DNA of 54,341 nucleotides. It comes from a virus (taxonomy: Duplodnaviria; Caudoviricetes). Under the pieces are notes generated by a model. The model did not search any database, was not told the DNA's origin, and saw nothing but the letters and a program-made list of their open reading frames with translations. The stretch covers positions 1-54,341 of IMG/VR virus record IMGVR_UViG_3300021959_005230. One strand, written 5' to 3'. Position numbers and translations under genes: made by a program. Below, piece after piece: positions 45,957 to 54,341 of this stretch (position 1 is its first letter; each line of letters starts with the position of its first letter).

Positions 45957-47552
45957 CTATAATAAACTTATAGGCATAGGAGCATCTGAGTCATCAAATG
46001 TTCCTGGATCATTAGGGTCTACACTTAAACCACTGTTTACAGCATTAAATACATCATCTTCAAAGTTACTTATATACTCTGTCATTCTGATTGCTATAAT
46101 TAATGACATTACTAGGTCATCTGATGCGCCTGGTTTTGCTTTAAAACTATGGCCTGAGCTAACAAAGTTCTTAAGTTCACTAATAAGTGCTTTGCTTTTT
46201 AAATGTATTTTATCGCTTTCAATTAATCGTTTTAATTGTAAACAGGCTTCCATTTTATTTTTATGTGTTGTATGGTACCCTTTCCTGCCTTTCTTACCTT
46301 GTATTCTTTTAGGCTCGTGTAAAAAATCTCCTGGAAAAGTTTCTTCTCCTGTGTCTCTGATAACAACAAGAGCCGCTTCGCCAATAGTATTATTTTCTAC
46401 TGTCCAATATATCTCTGATAAGTTTCGTGTTTGTTCCTTAATGTAATGCATTATTTCCATCATTACTTTCATTTGTTTTTCTACAGGCGATTTATTATGA
46501 TACCATTCTGCAACTTGATTCATACTTGGTAATTCTAATACTTGTATTGCAGAGTTATCACCACCTGTTCCACTACTAGGGTCTAACGTTACTAGATATA
46601 TGTTTTCTGGTGTTGGTTGTTTATACCATCTTACCTGTCCACTCTTCATTACAGGTTCAGTACCTTCCAACTCAACTAATTTTAATGGATCAACAAGTGT
46701 TTCATCATATATAATAAATTCACATTCATGTTCACGTCTAAATCTTTCTTCCCCAATTCTGCCTCTTTCTTCTGTTGCCCATACGGAATCTCTATCTGGA
46801 TGTTTGTCCCATATTGCTAACATAGGCTTAAATCCATTTACGCCCAATTCCTGTTCATTACCATGTTCATCAAATAATTTATTTGCTTGAGCCCAAATCA
46901 TAGCAAAAGTATCTTCATCACTGTTAGGCGTACTTGTGATAATACATTTACCACCTGTTGCTAGTGTAGGAGATAGTGCTGTCCAAAATTCACTTGCTAT
47001 TCTGGGAGGTACAAATGCAAACTCGTCTAGGTATACTAATGTAAGTGACATACCCCTACCAGTGTTTTCTGTAGTTGTACTTGCTACTATTCTGCTACCG
47101 TTATCAAAACTTATACTACCTTTATTATATTCTGTAACACCTGCTCTGATATGATCTGGTACACTTTCGTATGCATAACGTATACGTTGCATAATTTCCT
47201 GAGCACCTGCTTGTTTATGAGCCGCAACTAATATTGTGCTGTCAGGCTTAAACATAGCATACCACAGCAAGTATCCAGCCGCCACAGTAGTTTTACCCAT
47301 CTGTCTGCCCAGCATATTAATACTGTATCTTGTGGTATTATAATTTTCTATAAGTTCTAACTGATAAGAAAAAGGGTCGAAATCTATTCCGCCTTTTGTA
47401 GGATGCTGTATTTTGACATGATTAGTCATGAAGTATAGAGGACCTGTGTCTGGATTTGCACAGTTCTTAAAATCTTCAATAGTATCTGGTGTATATGCTA
47501 CTTTGCTGTAGCCTTGTTTAACCAGACTGGTGTCTGCTGTTCCTCTTGCCAT
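45957..47552 (-). CDS. Terminase large subunit (T4 gp17-like)
   Basis: RQMGKTT, YLDEFAFV, ITSTPN, FRREHEC, LDPSSGTGGD and DDLVMS. Confidence 0.95.
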   Translation of the reverse strand: MARGTADTSLVKQGYSKVAYTPDTIEDFKNCANPDTGPLYFMTNHVKIQHPTKGGIDFDPFSYQLELIENYNTTRYSINMLGRQMGKTTVAAGYLLWYAMFKPDSTILVAAHKQAGAQEIMQRIRYAYESVPDHIRAGVTEYNKGSISFDNGSRIVASTTTENTGRGMSLTLVYLDEFAFVPPRIASEFWTALSPTLATGGKCIITSTPNSDEDTFAMIWAQANKLFDEHGNEQELGVNGFKPMLAIWDKHPDRDSVWATEERGRIGEERFRREHECEFIIYDETLVDPLKLVELEGTEPVMKSGQVRWYKQPTPENIYLVTLDPSSGTGGDNSAIQVLELPSMNQVAEWYHNKSPVEKQMKVMMEIMHYIKEQTRNLSEIYWTVENNTIGEAALVVIRDTGEETFPGDFLHEPKRIQGKKGRKGYHTTHKNKMEACLQLKRLIESDKIHLKSKALISELKNFVSSGHSFKAKPGASDDLVMSLIIAIRMTEYISNFEDDVFNAVNSGLSVDPNDPGTFDDSDAPMPISLL

Positions 47553-47576
47553 AATACTATTTATATAGTATAGGGT

Positions 47577-48842
47577 TTATGAAATGCTTTTTTTAAGTTT
47601 ATCTTTAAGGTAGTTGACTAAGACTTCTTTATCTGTCTCATATGAACTTGGAGCAATTACCATTGCTTTACCATCTTCTGGCTCTGCATCACATGGTGCT
47701 TCTGGTTCATCATGATCATCATGATTTTCTGGTTCATCATGATCTTCTTCATCATCATGCTTTTCAGGTTGAATTGGATCTTCATCTGCATTCATATCAC
47801 TTGGTAATGTTAATCCTGCAAGTTTCAATACCTTTGAAAGCTCTTGCATATCTTCTGCACTTGCTTCAATACTTACTGAACCTTTATCTGTATTTTTATG
47901 TTGCTTAAACTCTACTGAACCTTCTACTTGTTCTGAGCTTCCTTGATCTTGATCACCATAGATGTCGCTCATTGCTTCTACTATTTCAGATAGGCGTTTT
48001 AATTCTTCAGCACCATGTAAAGGTTCATTGTCTGTTCCTTCTGAGTACTTACTTGCGGCTAATTTTTGGTCTTTCATATCTGGTTGTTCCTGATTATTGT
48101 CAGCATTAGCATCATCGTTTTGAGCGTCCTGTTGCATCATAATTTCTTTTACTTTTTCCATTTGCTCTTCAGTAGTAACATTTATACCGTTTTCTTGTGC
48201 AAACTGTCTAATTTCATCTTCTGTAGGCTCAACTGCTTGTTGCTGTTGATTACCTTGATCTTGGCCATTTGCTGGTTGTTCAATTTTATCTTGTCCAGCC
48301 AATGCTTTTCTAAGTGCTGATATTTGATTCCATCCTGTAAAACCGGATGATAAAACATCTACGTATGGTGCCAAAAACTGTTTCATTGCAGGCATAAATC
48401 TTTTGTTTATACCTCTTTCATTTTGAATTTGTCTTAAACCCTGCCTAATTAAAGGGACATCTTGGTCATTATCCATTATGTTTGATAAAACATTAATTGG
48501 AATATCCATTGATAATGCTTCTTCAAGTTCTAACTCTGGAATTGCACTTTGCTGTAATAGTGAAGGATCAATTTCAGTGTTAGGAGTTGCACTTAACATT
48601 TCTTTCTTTGCTTTTTCAACCATACTAGCAAATGCAGATGCTTGTGAAAATTCATCTGATGCCATAAAGTCATATACTGCAAGTTGTTTAGAAACGTTTT
48701 TAGATGTTACGTCAGTTCTTTTAGATATGGCATCATGTGATCTTTGTGCCACTTGAGCATTTTGATCTGTTGCTCTTGCAACTCTTAAGGATTGACTACT
48801 AGGTGCTTCCTCTATACTGTTTAACATATCTCTAAGGTTCAT
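47577..48842 (-). CDS. Acidic/Gln-rich hypothetical protein with MNLRDMLNSIEE leader
   Basis: Low-complexity Q/D/E/H tracts; KLAGL motif. Confidence 0.6.
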   Translation of the reverse strand: MNLRDMLNSIEEAPSSQSLRVARATDQNAQVAQRSHDAISKRTDVTSKNVSKQLAVYDFMASDEFSQASAFASMVEKAKKEMLSATPNTEIDPSLLQQSAIPELELEEALSMDIPINVLSNIMDNDQDVPLIRQGLRQIQNERGINKRFMPAMKQFLAPYVDVLSSGFTGWNQISALRKALAGQDKIEQPANGQDQGNQQQQAVEPTEDEIRQFAQENGINVTTEEQMEKVKEIMMQQDAQNDDANADNNQEQPDMKDQKLAASKYSEGTDNEPLHGAEELKRLSEIVEAMSDIYGDQDQGSSEQVEGSVEFKQHKNTDKGSVSIEASAEDMQELSKVLKLAGLTLPSDMNADEDPIQPEKHDDEEDHDEPENHDDHDEPEAPCDAEPEDGKAMVIAPSSYETDKEVLVNYLKDKLKKSIS

Positions 48843-49540
48843 TATACTATACCTTTTAGAGCCTGACTATGGTTAGACACTTGTTTCTGGCTCTCTGTAC
48901 CTCTGCCCATGTTAGGCATACCGTGTATTTGAGCACCAAGTTCTTCTAAATCTTTACCCATTAATTGTTCTTTGGTTGGATAGTTACTAAAGTAAGATGG
49001 TCCTTTTTCTTTTTTAATTTTTGCTAGTTCATCTAAAAACTTCTTATTGTATTCTTCACCAAAGAAGTTTGCTTTGAAATCTATTTCTTCGTTTTGTGCT
49101 TCATAATGTTCCATGTTCTCATCATTAAGTAAAGCATCTTCTTCTGAAACTTGTCTATCTTTATCTTCTTTTGCTCTCATTTCAGCCATTTCAGATTCTA
49201 TTCTTCTAGGATCTTTTACATTATATGCTAGTACTCTTTCATGGTCTAGTCCCATATTTACAGCACACCATACTTCTAGTATTCTTTCGTTTACTGGATA
49301 TTGTAAAATAACATCTGTACTACATACTTCTGATGTACATTGTGTTCCTTTTACTCTATAAAATTCAATTGGGTTTTCTGCAATTGGCGTTCTTTTAAAA
49401 GGTGTTGCACTTACTAGATTGTATTTTGCTAAACACTTTTCTAGCATATCCATATGATCTGCACCGCAATCTGCGGCAAATTTAATTCTGTAGCCGTGCT
49501 CTTTATTTAAAGACTCTGCTATGTAATTTTTAAGTTCCAT
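48842..49540 (-). CDS. Hypothetical late protein (MELKNYIAE leader)
   Basis: Late promoter at 49565-49572; leader closely resembles the T4 CTS MKTYQEFIAE. Confidence 0.65.
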   Translation of the reverse strand: MELKNYIAESLNKEHGYRIKFAADCGADHMDMLEKCLAKYNLVSATPFKRTPIAENPIEFYRVKGTQCTSEVCSTDVILQYPVNERILEVWCAVNMGLDHERVLAYNVKDPRRIESEMAEMRAKEDKDRQVSEEDALLNDENMEHYEAQNEEIDFKANFFGEEYNKKFLDELAKIKKEKGPSYFSNYPTKEQLMGKDLEELGAQIHGMPNMGRGTESQKQVSNHSQALKGIV

Positions 49541-49602
49541 AATTAATAACTCCGTTATAACACTTATTTATCACTTTATGACATTTTATGCTAAATAAAA
49601 AC

Positions 49603-49764
49603 ATGACAACACATACAGACATACTAGTAAGGGAACCACAACGCCCTGAAGAAGGTGAATATACGTTGGATAATTTTGGAAACTTAGTAGTATTTAAAGA
49701 AGGACGTTGGGTAGATATGACAAAATTAACTGTCTCCACCTCCGCCTTTTATGATTTTGAGTAA
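49603..49764 (+). CDS. 53-aa hypothetical protein on the opposite strand (not in ORF track)
   Basis: MTTHTDILVREPQRPEEGEYTLDNFGNLVVFKEGRWVDMTKL...; TAAATA 5 nt before ATG; 3' end overlaps the convergent gene. Confidence 0.55.
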   Translation: MTTHTDILVREPQRPEEGEYTLDNFGNLVVFKEGRWVDMTKLTVSTSAFYDFE

Positions 49765-50211
49765 ATCATTTCTATCAAAAACTGTTGCCTGAACTGTCTC
49801 TTCGTTTGCCCCTTTATTATCGAATTTATCGATTCTTGCTTTCTTGAGCATTAAATCTATCTGCTGAAGTTTTGCTTTAGTCTTTGCATCACTGGCATCT
49901 AAGGCTATCTTTAACATGTTACTTGCTTCTGCAAATACTTTACCAGCCGCCATATCACTAACGTTCATGCCTAAACTCATTAATTGTTCGTAACTGTTAA
50001 TAGCCTTTTTGGCTATGTCGTTCATTTCAACTTCGTGATCTTCTAAACCTTTAATCTCTTTGAATGCTAGATTAATTTTTTCACTAACACTTAAAGCATC
50101 TTGTGTCTCTTCAATTACTTCATGAGTTTCTGCTACAGTAGGAACATTTTCCGTATCTGTAACTTCCTCTATAGGAGGTAAATTAAACTCTTCTTCAAGT
50201 TTCTTAGTCAT
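49726..50211 (-). CDS. Helical hypothetical protein, possible terminase small subunit
   Basis: Size, coiled-coil character, VFDRNDLLK tail and proximity to terminase; inference only. Confidence 0.45.
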   Translation of the reverse strand: MTKKLEEEFNLPPIEEVTDTENVPTVAETHEVIEETQDALSVSEKINLAFKEIKGLEDHEVEMNDIAKKAINSYEQLMSLGMNVSDMAAGKVFAEASNMLKIALDASDAKTKAKLQQIDLMLKKARIDKFDNKGANEETVQATVFDRNDLLKIIKGGGGDS

Positions 50212-50222
50212 AGTAGTATTTA

Positions 50223-50888
50223 TTAGTTAAGTTTTGTTTCTTTACCGTATTTGGCAACATAATCTGCTAACGGTTTAAAAGTAGTAACCTTACCTGTAAG
50301 AAGTTTTTCAAATTCCTCTTTACCTATTTTTGGAACCGCTGTAATAGATATAGGTTGCAATTTACCATAATGAACTAAATTTTTAGAATCTAATGTATTT
50401 AAAAGTGTATTTATTTTGTCTTTACTTAAATTTTGTAATGCAATTTTACCTGCCATAGCAATCCATTTAAAAGCCTCTGAATTCTCTGATTCATCATTTG
50501 CACCTTTTATAATTTCTGGTGTGATTTTACTTTGCAGTTCTGGATAATTATTTAAATTGTCTACAATGTATTTTCCTATTTCATCTTCATCATTGCTAAT
50601 ACTTTGTAGATGGCTTCCAGAAAATTTAAAAATATATCCTGTTTTATCTGGGAATTGTTTGCTATGCATTAATGTGTATCTATAAGCCTGGCCTAAATCC
50701 TTTGTTATATAAACTCCGTCTTTCATAGGAGCAAATTCGGGCTCGGTTTTATATTTCTGCTCTACCCATTTATCATCATATGCTAAACCATTTTTCATAA
50801 TAAGTTCAGCACCTTTTTTAGATGGTGTTCCATGATACCATGTATCATTTTGCTGGGTAGTTGGTGCTACTATTTCTGTAATCTTCAT
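50223..50888 (-). CDS. ADP-ribosyltransferase-like protein with MKITEIV leader
   Basis: WYHGT...IMKNGL...GVYITKDLGQAYRY...GYIFKF matches the H-Y-type ART fold motif order. Confidence 0.65.
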   Translation of the reverse strand: MKITEIVAPTTQQNDTWYHGTPSKKGAELIMKNGLAYDDKWVEQKYKTEPEFAPMKDGVYITKDLGQAYRYTLMHSKQFPDKTGYIFKFSGSHLQSISNDEDEIGKYIVDNLNNYPELQSKITPEIIKGANDESENSEAFKWIAMAGKIALQNLSKDKINTLLNTLDSKNLVHYGKLQPISITAVPKIGKEEFEKLLTGKVTTFKPLADYVAKYGKETKLN

Positions 50889-51358
50889 TTGATTCTTTTC
50901 TTAGTAACACGTTGTTTTTTATTACGAGGTTTTTTGTTAGAGAATATCTGATCTTCGTTGATAACTTTAAAACGTATGCCTTTACGTTTGCACCATTCCT
51001 GTGCCGCTGTCCACTTAGCGGCGTTAATGGCTGTTTGTATTTTTTGTCCTTGGCTTCTGGCGTTTTCTAAGGTTGTCTGATTAGCAGGTTTAATTTCTAT
51101 AAGCTCGACATGTTGTACACCATTTTTATCTGTATATTGTACCATGAAGTCTGGAAAATAGTTATGATACTTTCCGTCCATAGGACTTCTATAAGGTATC
51201 TTAACGTTTTCACTAGCCCACTTAGTAATGTTAGGATGATTATCACACATACGCATAAATGCTAATTCCCAACTACTTCTAAATGTAGGTGCTTTTCCGC
51301 CTACAAATTTAGATGCATTTAATACTTCGTATTTTCCTGTAGCGAATTTTGTGGCCAT
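50885..51358 (-). CDS. Head completion nuclease (T4 gp4-like, TnsA-like)
   Basis: FRSSWE...CD...WASE...IPY...YFPDF...IEIKP...N.AKW.AA. Confidence 0.9.
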   Translation of the reverse strand: MATKFATGKYEVLNASKFVGGKAPTFRSSWELAFMRMCDNHPNITKWASENVKIPYRSPMDGKYHNYFPDFMVQYTDKNGVQHVELIEIKPANQTTLENARSQGQKIQTAINAAKWTAAQEWCKRKGIRFKVINEDQIFSNKKPRNKKQRVTKKRIK

Positions 51359-51366
51359 AATAGTAT

Positions 51367-51801
51367 TTATGGCTTAATTAAAGATGATATTTTACTGCGT
51401 GAGTTTAATGTTGGTGTTTTTAAATCAATTTTATTGCCTGCTGGCCTATAAGTATTAATGGCCGCATAAGCATCTACAGTAAGTTTTAAACTGTTTTCGT
51501 TCATTTCAAAATAAGTTGTAGGATGTAGGTTTTGTACTTCAGCAACTTTTATTAAAACTCTTGCCATTGCTTTAGCATTTTTCTTTTTAAATCCTATTGC
51601 TTGTAGTTTTGTTTCTATAACACTTAATGTTGAAGGATCTATGGGAGAGTCTTTTGGAGCGGCAATTTCTGCCAATATTTCTGAACTTGCTTCTGGTAAC
51701 GGAAATTTAATACTTGAATTGTCTATATATGCTACTAATGTGTCATTTGCAATCTTATAGGATATCTCACCACCAAATGTGTCGTACATTGATGTAGACA
51801 T
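51367..51801 (-). CDS. Hypothetical protein
   Basis: TAATG-coupled ORF in the tail gene cluster. Confidence 0.6.
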   Translation of the reverse strand: MSTSMYDTFGGEISYKIANDTLVAYIDNSSIKFPLPEASSEILAEIAAPKDSPIDPSTLSVIETKLQAIGFKKKNAKAMARVLIKVAEVQNLHPTTYFEMNENSLKLTVDAYAAINTYRPAGNKIDLKTPTLNSRSKISSLIKP

Positions 51802-52985
51802 TATTCTGAACCTCTAGTTGGAGCACTTGCTACGTTTGATGTTTTTTTAAGTAGTTCTCTTTCAACAACTGTTAATGCATAGTTTTTAACTGCATCACCT
51901 ACGTCATTACCTGTTAGTTTTGCTAATATGGCTGTGCTTAATAATGTTTTACCTGGTGTCTCATTTGGATTTTGAGATAGTGGTAAATCTATTGCATCAT
52001 ATGTTCCTAGTGTAGGTGCTGTGCCTTGAACTCCATTCGGTAAAGGAGTTTCTGGTCCACAGGTATCTGGTTTTTCTTTTGTAACATCATCATCTTGTGC
52101 TGGTGCTTGTTGAGGTTGTGTTGTCCTTCCTCTTGTTCCAAAACCTGCATGATCATTTTCACCCAAAAATTCCATTTTCATTCCGTCATCTATAATGCCT
52201 AATGGTTTAGACATTACTTCATCACTAGCAAAATTAAGACCAAGTACATTTTCAAATCTATCTAAATCAACACCTGATAAATCAAAGTTAGCAACATCAA
52301 AAGTTGTAAAGTTTTCATAGTCACATACAATATTAAATTCTACAAACTCGTTACTACTATAATCTATTTCACCAAAATCAAAACTATTAATTATTGGTCC
52401 TGTCATACTGTATTGAACACCTTTACCACCGTGATACATAATTATGTCTATACGTTCAAAAAACTGTTTTGTTTTTTGTAAATTAAATCCTGCTTCACCA
52501 CTTTGGAAACTAGCATTTTTAAATCCAAAACCAGGGTTGTTTTCTAATGTGCCGTCAGTATTCATCTGGACATCTCTATCATTAGCAAAGTTCTTGTTTC
52601 TTGGATTCATATATAGATATGAGAAGTATCTCATTAATATTTGTAACCATTCATTGTTTAGAGTATCAAATACAGTAATTTCAATAGGTGCATATTCAAC
52701 ACCCGTTGATACTATTTTTTTCTTGTTGTATTGATTCTTTACAATGTTTTTAAATGTTACATTGGGAAGTTTTGCTCTTCGCACCAGACTAGAAATATTT
52801 GTTTTAAATGTATGATTTTCTAAACCAAATAATTCTTGAATGTCTCTATTTAATACAAAGTTCACGTACCCTTCAAATTTGATACGTGGGGGATTGACGT
52901 CAGGTCTAAATCTGTAATTATTACGGAAGTCTCTGGCGTAGAATGATCTTTTAGCGTTTTTACCTAAAAATTTCAGAAATTCCAT
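51801..52985 (-). CDS. Tail tube-fold baseplate/tube initiator-like protein
   Basis: LPNVTF...NQYNKK...VEYAPIEITVFD...GEIDYS pattern parallels the adjacent tube protein. Confidence 0.65.
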   Translation of the reverse strand: MEFLKFLGKNAKRSFYARDFRNNYRFRPDVNPPRIKFEGYVNFVLNRDIQELFGLENHTFKTNISSLVRRAKLPNVTFKNIVKNQYNKKKIVSTGVEYAPIEITVFDTLNNEWLQILMRYFSYLYMNPRNKNFANDRDVQMNTDGTLENNPGFGFKNASFQSGEAGFNLQKTKQFFERIDIIMYHGGKGVQYSMTGPIINSFDFGEIDYSSNEFVEFNIVCDYENFTTFDVANFDLSGVDLDRFENVLGLNFASDEVMSKPLGIIDDGMKMEFLGENDHAGFGTRGRTTQPQQAPAQDDDVTKEKPDTCGPETPLPNGVQGTAPTLGTYDAIDLPLSQNPNETPGKTLLSTAILAKLTGNDVGDAVKNYALTVVERELLKKTSNVASAPTRGSE

Positions 52986-53009
52986 ACCAGAGATACCTCA
53001 AGTTAAATG

Positions 53010-53648
53010 TTAAACTCCGACTGTTGTGCCGGTGTCAACTGTGTCTGGGAATGGGTTTCCTGCTACTGTTCTACCGTTAATATCGTTATCACCTTCGTAG
53101 TGAGTTGCGTTATCATAACGTACTTGCATAGTAACTGTTACTTGCTCGCCTGTAGCATAGTCGCCATCACTGTAATCGACGTTTGTTAAAAAACATCCTT
53201 CAAGGAACCAAACCTCTGTAGCACCTGCATTAACACCATCCAATACTTCAATTTGCATGTCAAATTTGTAATCTGAACCTGCGGCTGGAGTAGTTTGTTG
53301 GAAGTGGTTAACCTGTCTTTGGACTTGTGATCCAACTGACTTGGCTACTTGGTTAGTTATATCGTCCCTTACTGTTACAGTAATTTGTTCCCAAGCATGT
53401 TTACCTTGTAGGTAACTTCTTGAGTTATAACTATCAATAATTATTTCTTCATAAGTAATTTTTGGTCTAGTAACGTTTTGTACGTTTTGTGTCAATATTT
53501 TAGCCTCTGGTGCTCCACCAAAGTTATTTAAAAAACTAACCCTAAATCTATACTTGAGTTTCGGCATTAAAATACCGGAACCAGTTGCACCCGTTACCGG
53601 AACTCCAAACTTACTTTTGGTTTCGTTTGTTGCACTTGATACTGCCAT
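53010..53648 (-). CDS. Tail tube protein (T4 gp19-like)
   Basis: PKLKYRFRV, RPKITYEE, GKHAWEQITVTVRDD, W.LEGCF and YDNA; late promoter at 53680-53687 and AGGAGA SD. Confidence 0.8.
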   Translation of the reverse strand: MAVSSATNETKSKFGVPVTGATGSGILMPKLKYRFRVSFLNNFGGAPEAKILTQNVQNVTRPKITYEEIIIDSYNSRSYLQGKHAWEQITVTVRDDITNQVAKSVGSQVQRQVNHFQQTTPAAGSDYKFDMQIEVLDGVNAGATEVWFLEGCFLTNVDYSDGDYATGEQVTVTMQVRYDNATHYEGDNDINGRTVAGNPFPDTVDTGTTVGV

Positions 53649-53730
53649 ATTGTTCTCCTAGAACTAAATTATATGCAAATATTTATCTTATCTTGCCAGA
53701 AAATATTAACAAGTGTTTTAATGAAACCAT

Positions 53731-53757
53731 AAAAAAAGGGCAATTAAATGCCCTTTT
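53731..53757 (-). terminator. Intrinsic (possibly bidirectional) terminator
   Basis: AAAAGGGCA-ATTAAA-TGCCCTTTT. Confidence 0.75.
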
Positions 53758-53772
53758 AGTGTTTTTTTACCC

Positions 53773-54341
53773 CTATGCTGACTCTTTTATTCTGTTTATA
53801 GCAACATCTCCGCTCTCTATAATGCTAGTAATATCACTAAATCCGTAACTGTCGACCATGTGGTACGTTGTTTGCTTTACTATATCGCTAGGGTCCATGA
53901 CCTCATAGCCGACCTGCGGAACTTCTGCTATTATATCTCCAACACTTAGAGAGTGCATGTTTCTGTATTCAATAGTTTTACCATCTCTTACAAATGACTT
54001 CATTGTGAAACCACTTACATGACTATCAAACACAATGTCTTCCATTGTGTCTTCATCTAAGTATTGTTGATTAAGTATAGCAAATACTTCATTTTTGCTT
54101 TTTACAGTATAGTCCATATCGCCATTACTAAGACCATTGTATCTGCCATCTACTTCACATACTTTAGTGTAATGAGAAAAATATTCTGGTTTAAAGTTTA
54201 CTTTTCTGTCGTCGCCTCTGCCATGCATAGTTTCCATTTTTGCATGATATAGTGGATATTTTTTAGCGGCTCCTGTGTGTCCGCCTTCGTTTGAATTGAC
54301 GTAATCGTGTATTTCGTCAGTTACTTTGATTTGATAAATGT
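53773..54341 (-). CDS. YodL-like hypothetical protein (5' end beyond the window)
   Basis: The frame stays open to the window edge (IYQIKVTDEIHDYVN...); MHSLSVGDII and VDSYGF motifs. Confidence 0.6.
   Translation of the reverse strand, partial: IYQIKVTDEIHDYVNSNEGGHTGAAKKYPLYHAKMETMHGRGDDRKVNFKPEYFSHYTKVCEVDGRYNGLSNGDMDYTVKSKNEVFAILNQQYLDEDTMEDIVFDSHVSGFTMKSFVRDGKTIEYRNMHSLSVGDIIAEVPQVGYEVMDPSDIVKQTTYHMVDSYGFSDITSIIESGDVAINRIKESA

Noticed and set aside
49530-49739. Minus-strand 69-aa ORF
   Set aside because: It runs over two promoter motifs; the plus-strand 53-aa ORF with the exact TAAATA-N5-ATG signature explains the gap better.
50885-51358. TnsA-like domain as a transposon
   Set aside because: Matches T4 gp4 head-completion nuclease in a morphogenesis context; no TnsB/C or terminal repeats.
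6091-54252. Remaining plus-strand ORFs of the track (other than 27251..27631)
   Set aside because: All lie antisense within longer motif-bearing minus-strand genes and have typical shadow-frame composition.
1-54341. Stop-codon reassignment, introns or inteins
   Set aside because: Core genes (terminase, helicase, UvsX, UvsW, MetK, the visible part of NrdA) are uninterrupted and of normal length in code 11, and TAA, TAG and TGA are all used as stops.

Overview
This window is an AT-rich, gene-dense segment of a large T4-like (probably jumbo) myophage genome. Almost all genes are on the minus strand, and it reads normally in genetic code 11. Core genes recognised from motifs: nrdA (partial, missing from the ORF track), gp41-like helicase, gp61-like primase, gp62-like clamp-loader subunit, UvsW/UvsX/UvsY, gp32 SSB, large terminase, gp4 head-completion nuclease and tail tube-like proteins. 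Accessory genes: metK, apt, two MazG-like proteins, an APS-kinase/nucleotidyltransferase fusion, a TonB-dependent receptor, and SGNH-like, glycosyltransferase-like and 2OG-Fe(II) oxygenase-like proteins. Four things stand out. (1) An ~18 kb cluster (about 5.7-23.3 kb) encodes proteins sharing a short N-terminal leader ending in (I/L)xE, resembling the T4 capsid-targeting/prohead-protease signal. The cluster includes modular enzymes (a 1945-aa amidoligase plus nuclease-like protein, a ParB/Srx plus double-GNAT protein, a ligase-like protein), and an ART-like protein outside it has a similar N-terminus; together they form a candidate virion-packaged, protease-matured effector payload. (2) Eight genes have TAAATA exactly 5 nt before the start codon and no Shine-Dalgarno, pointing to systematic leaderless late mRNAs. 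(3) A 188-aa minimal DnaE-like protein keeps all three catalytic Asp motifs. (4) A structured 3' UTR has a loop complementary to its own gene's ribosome-binding site. No tRNA, rRNA or CRISPR array was seen. All functional calls come from reading motifs by eye; no database searches were run.
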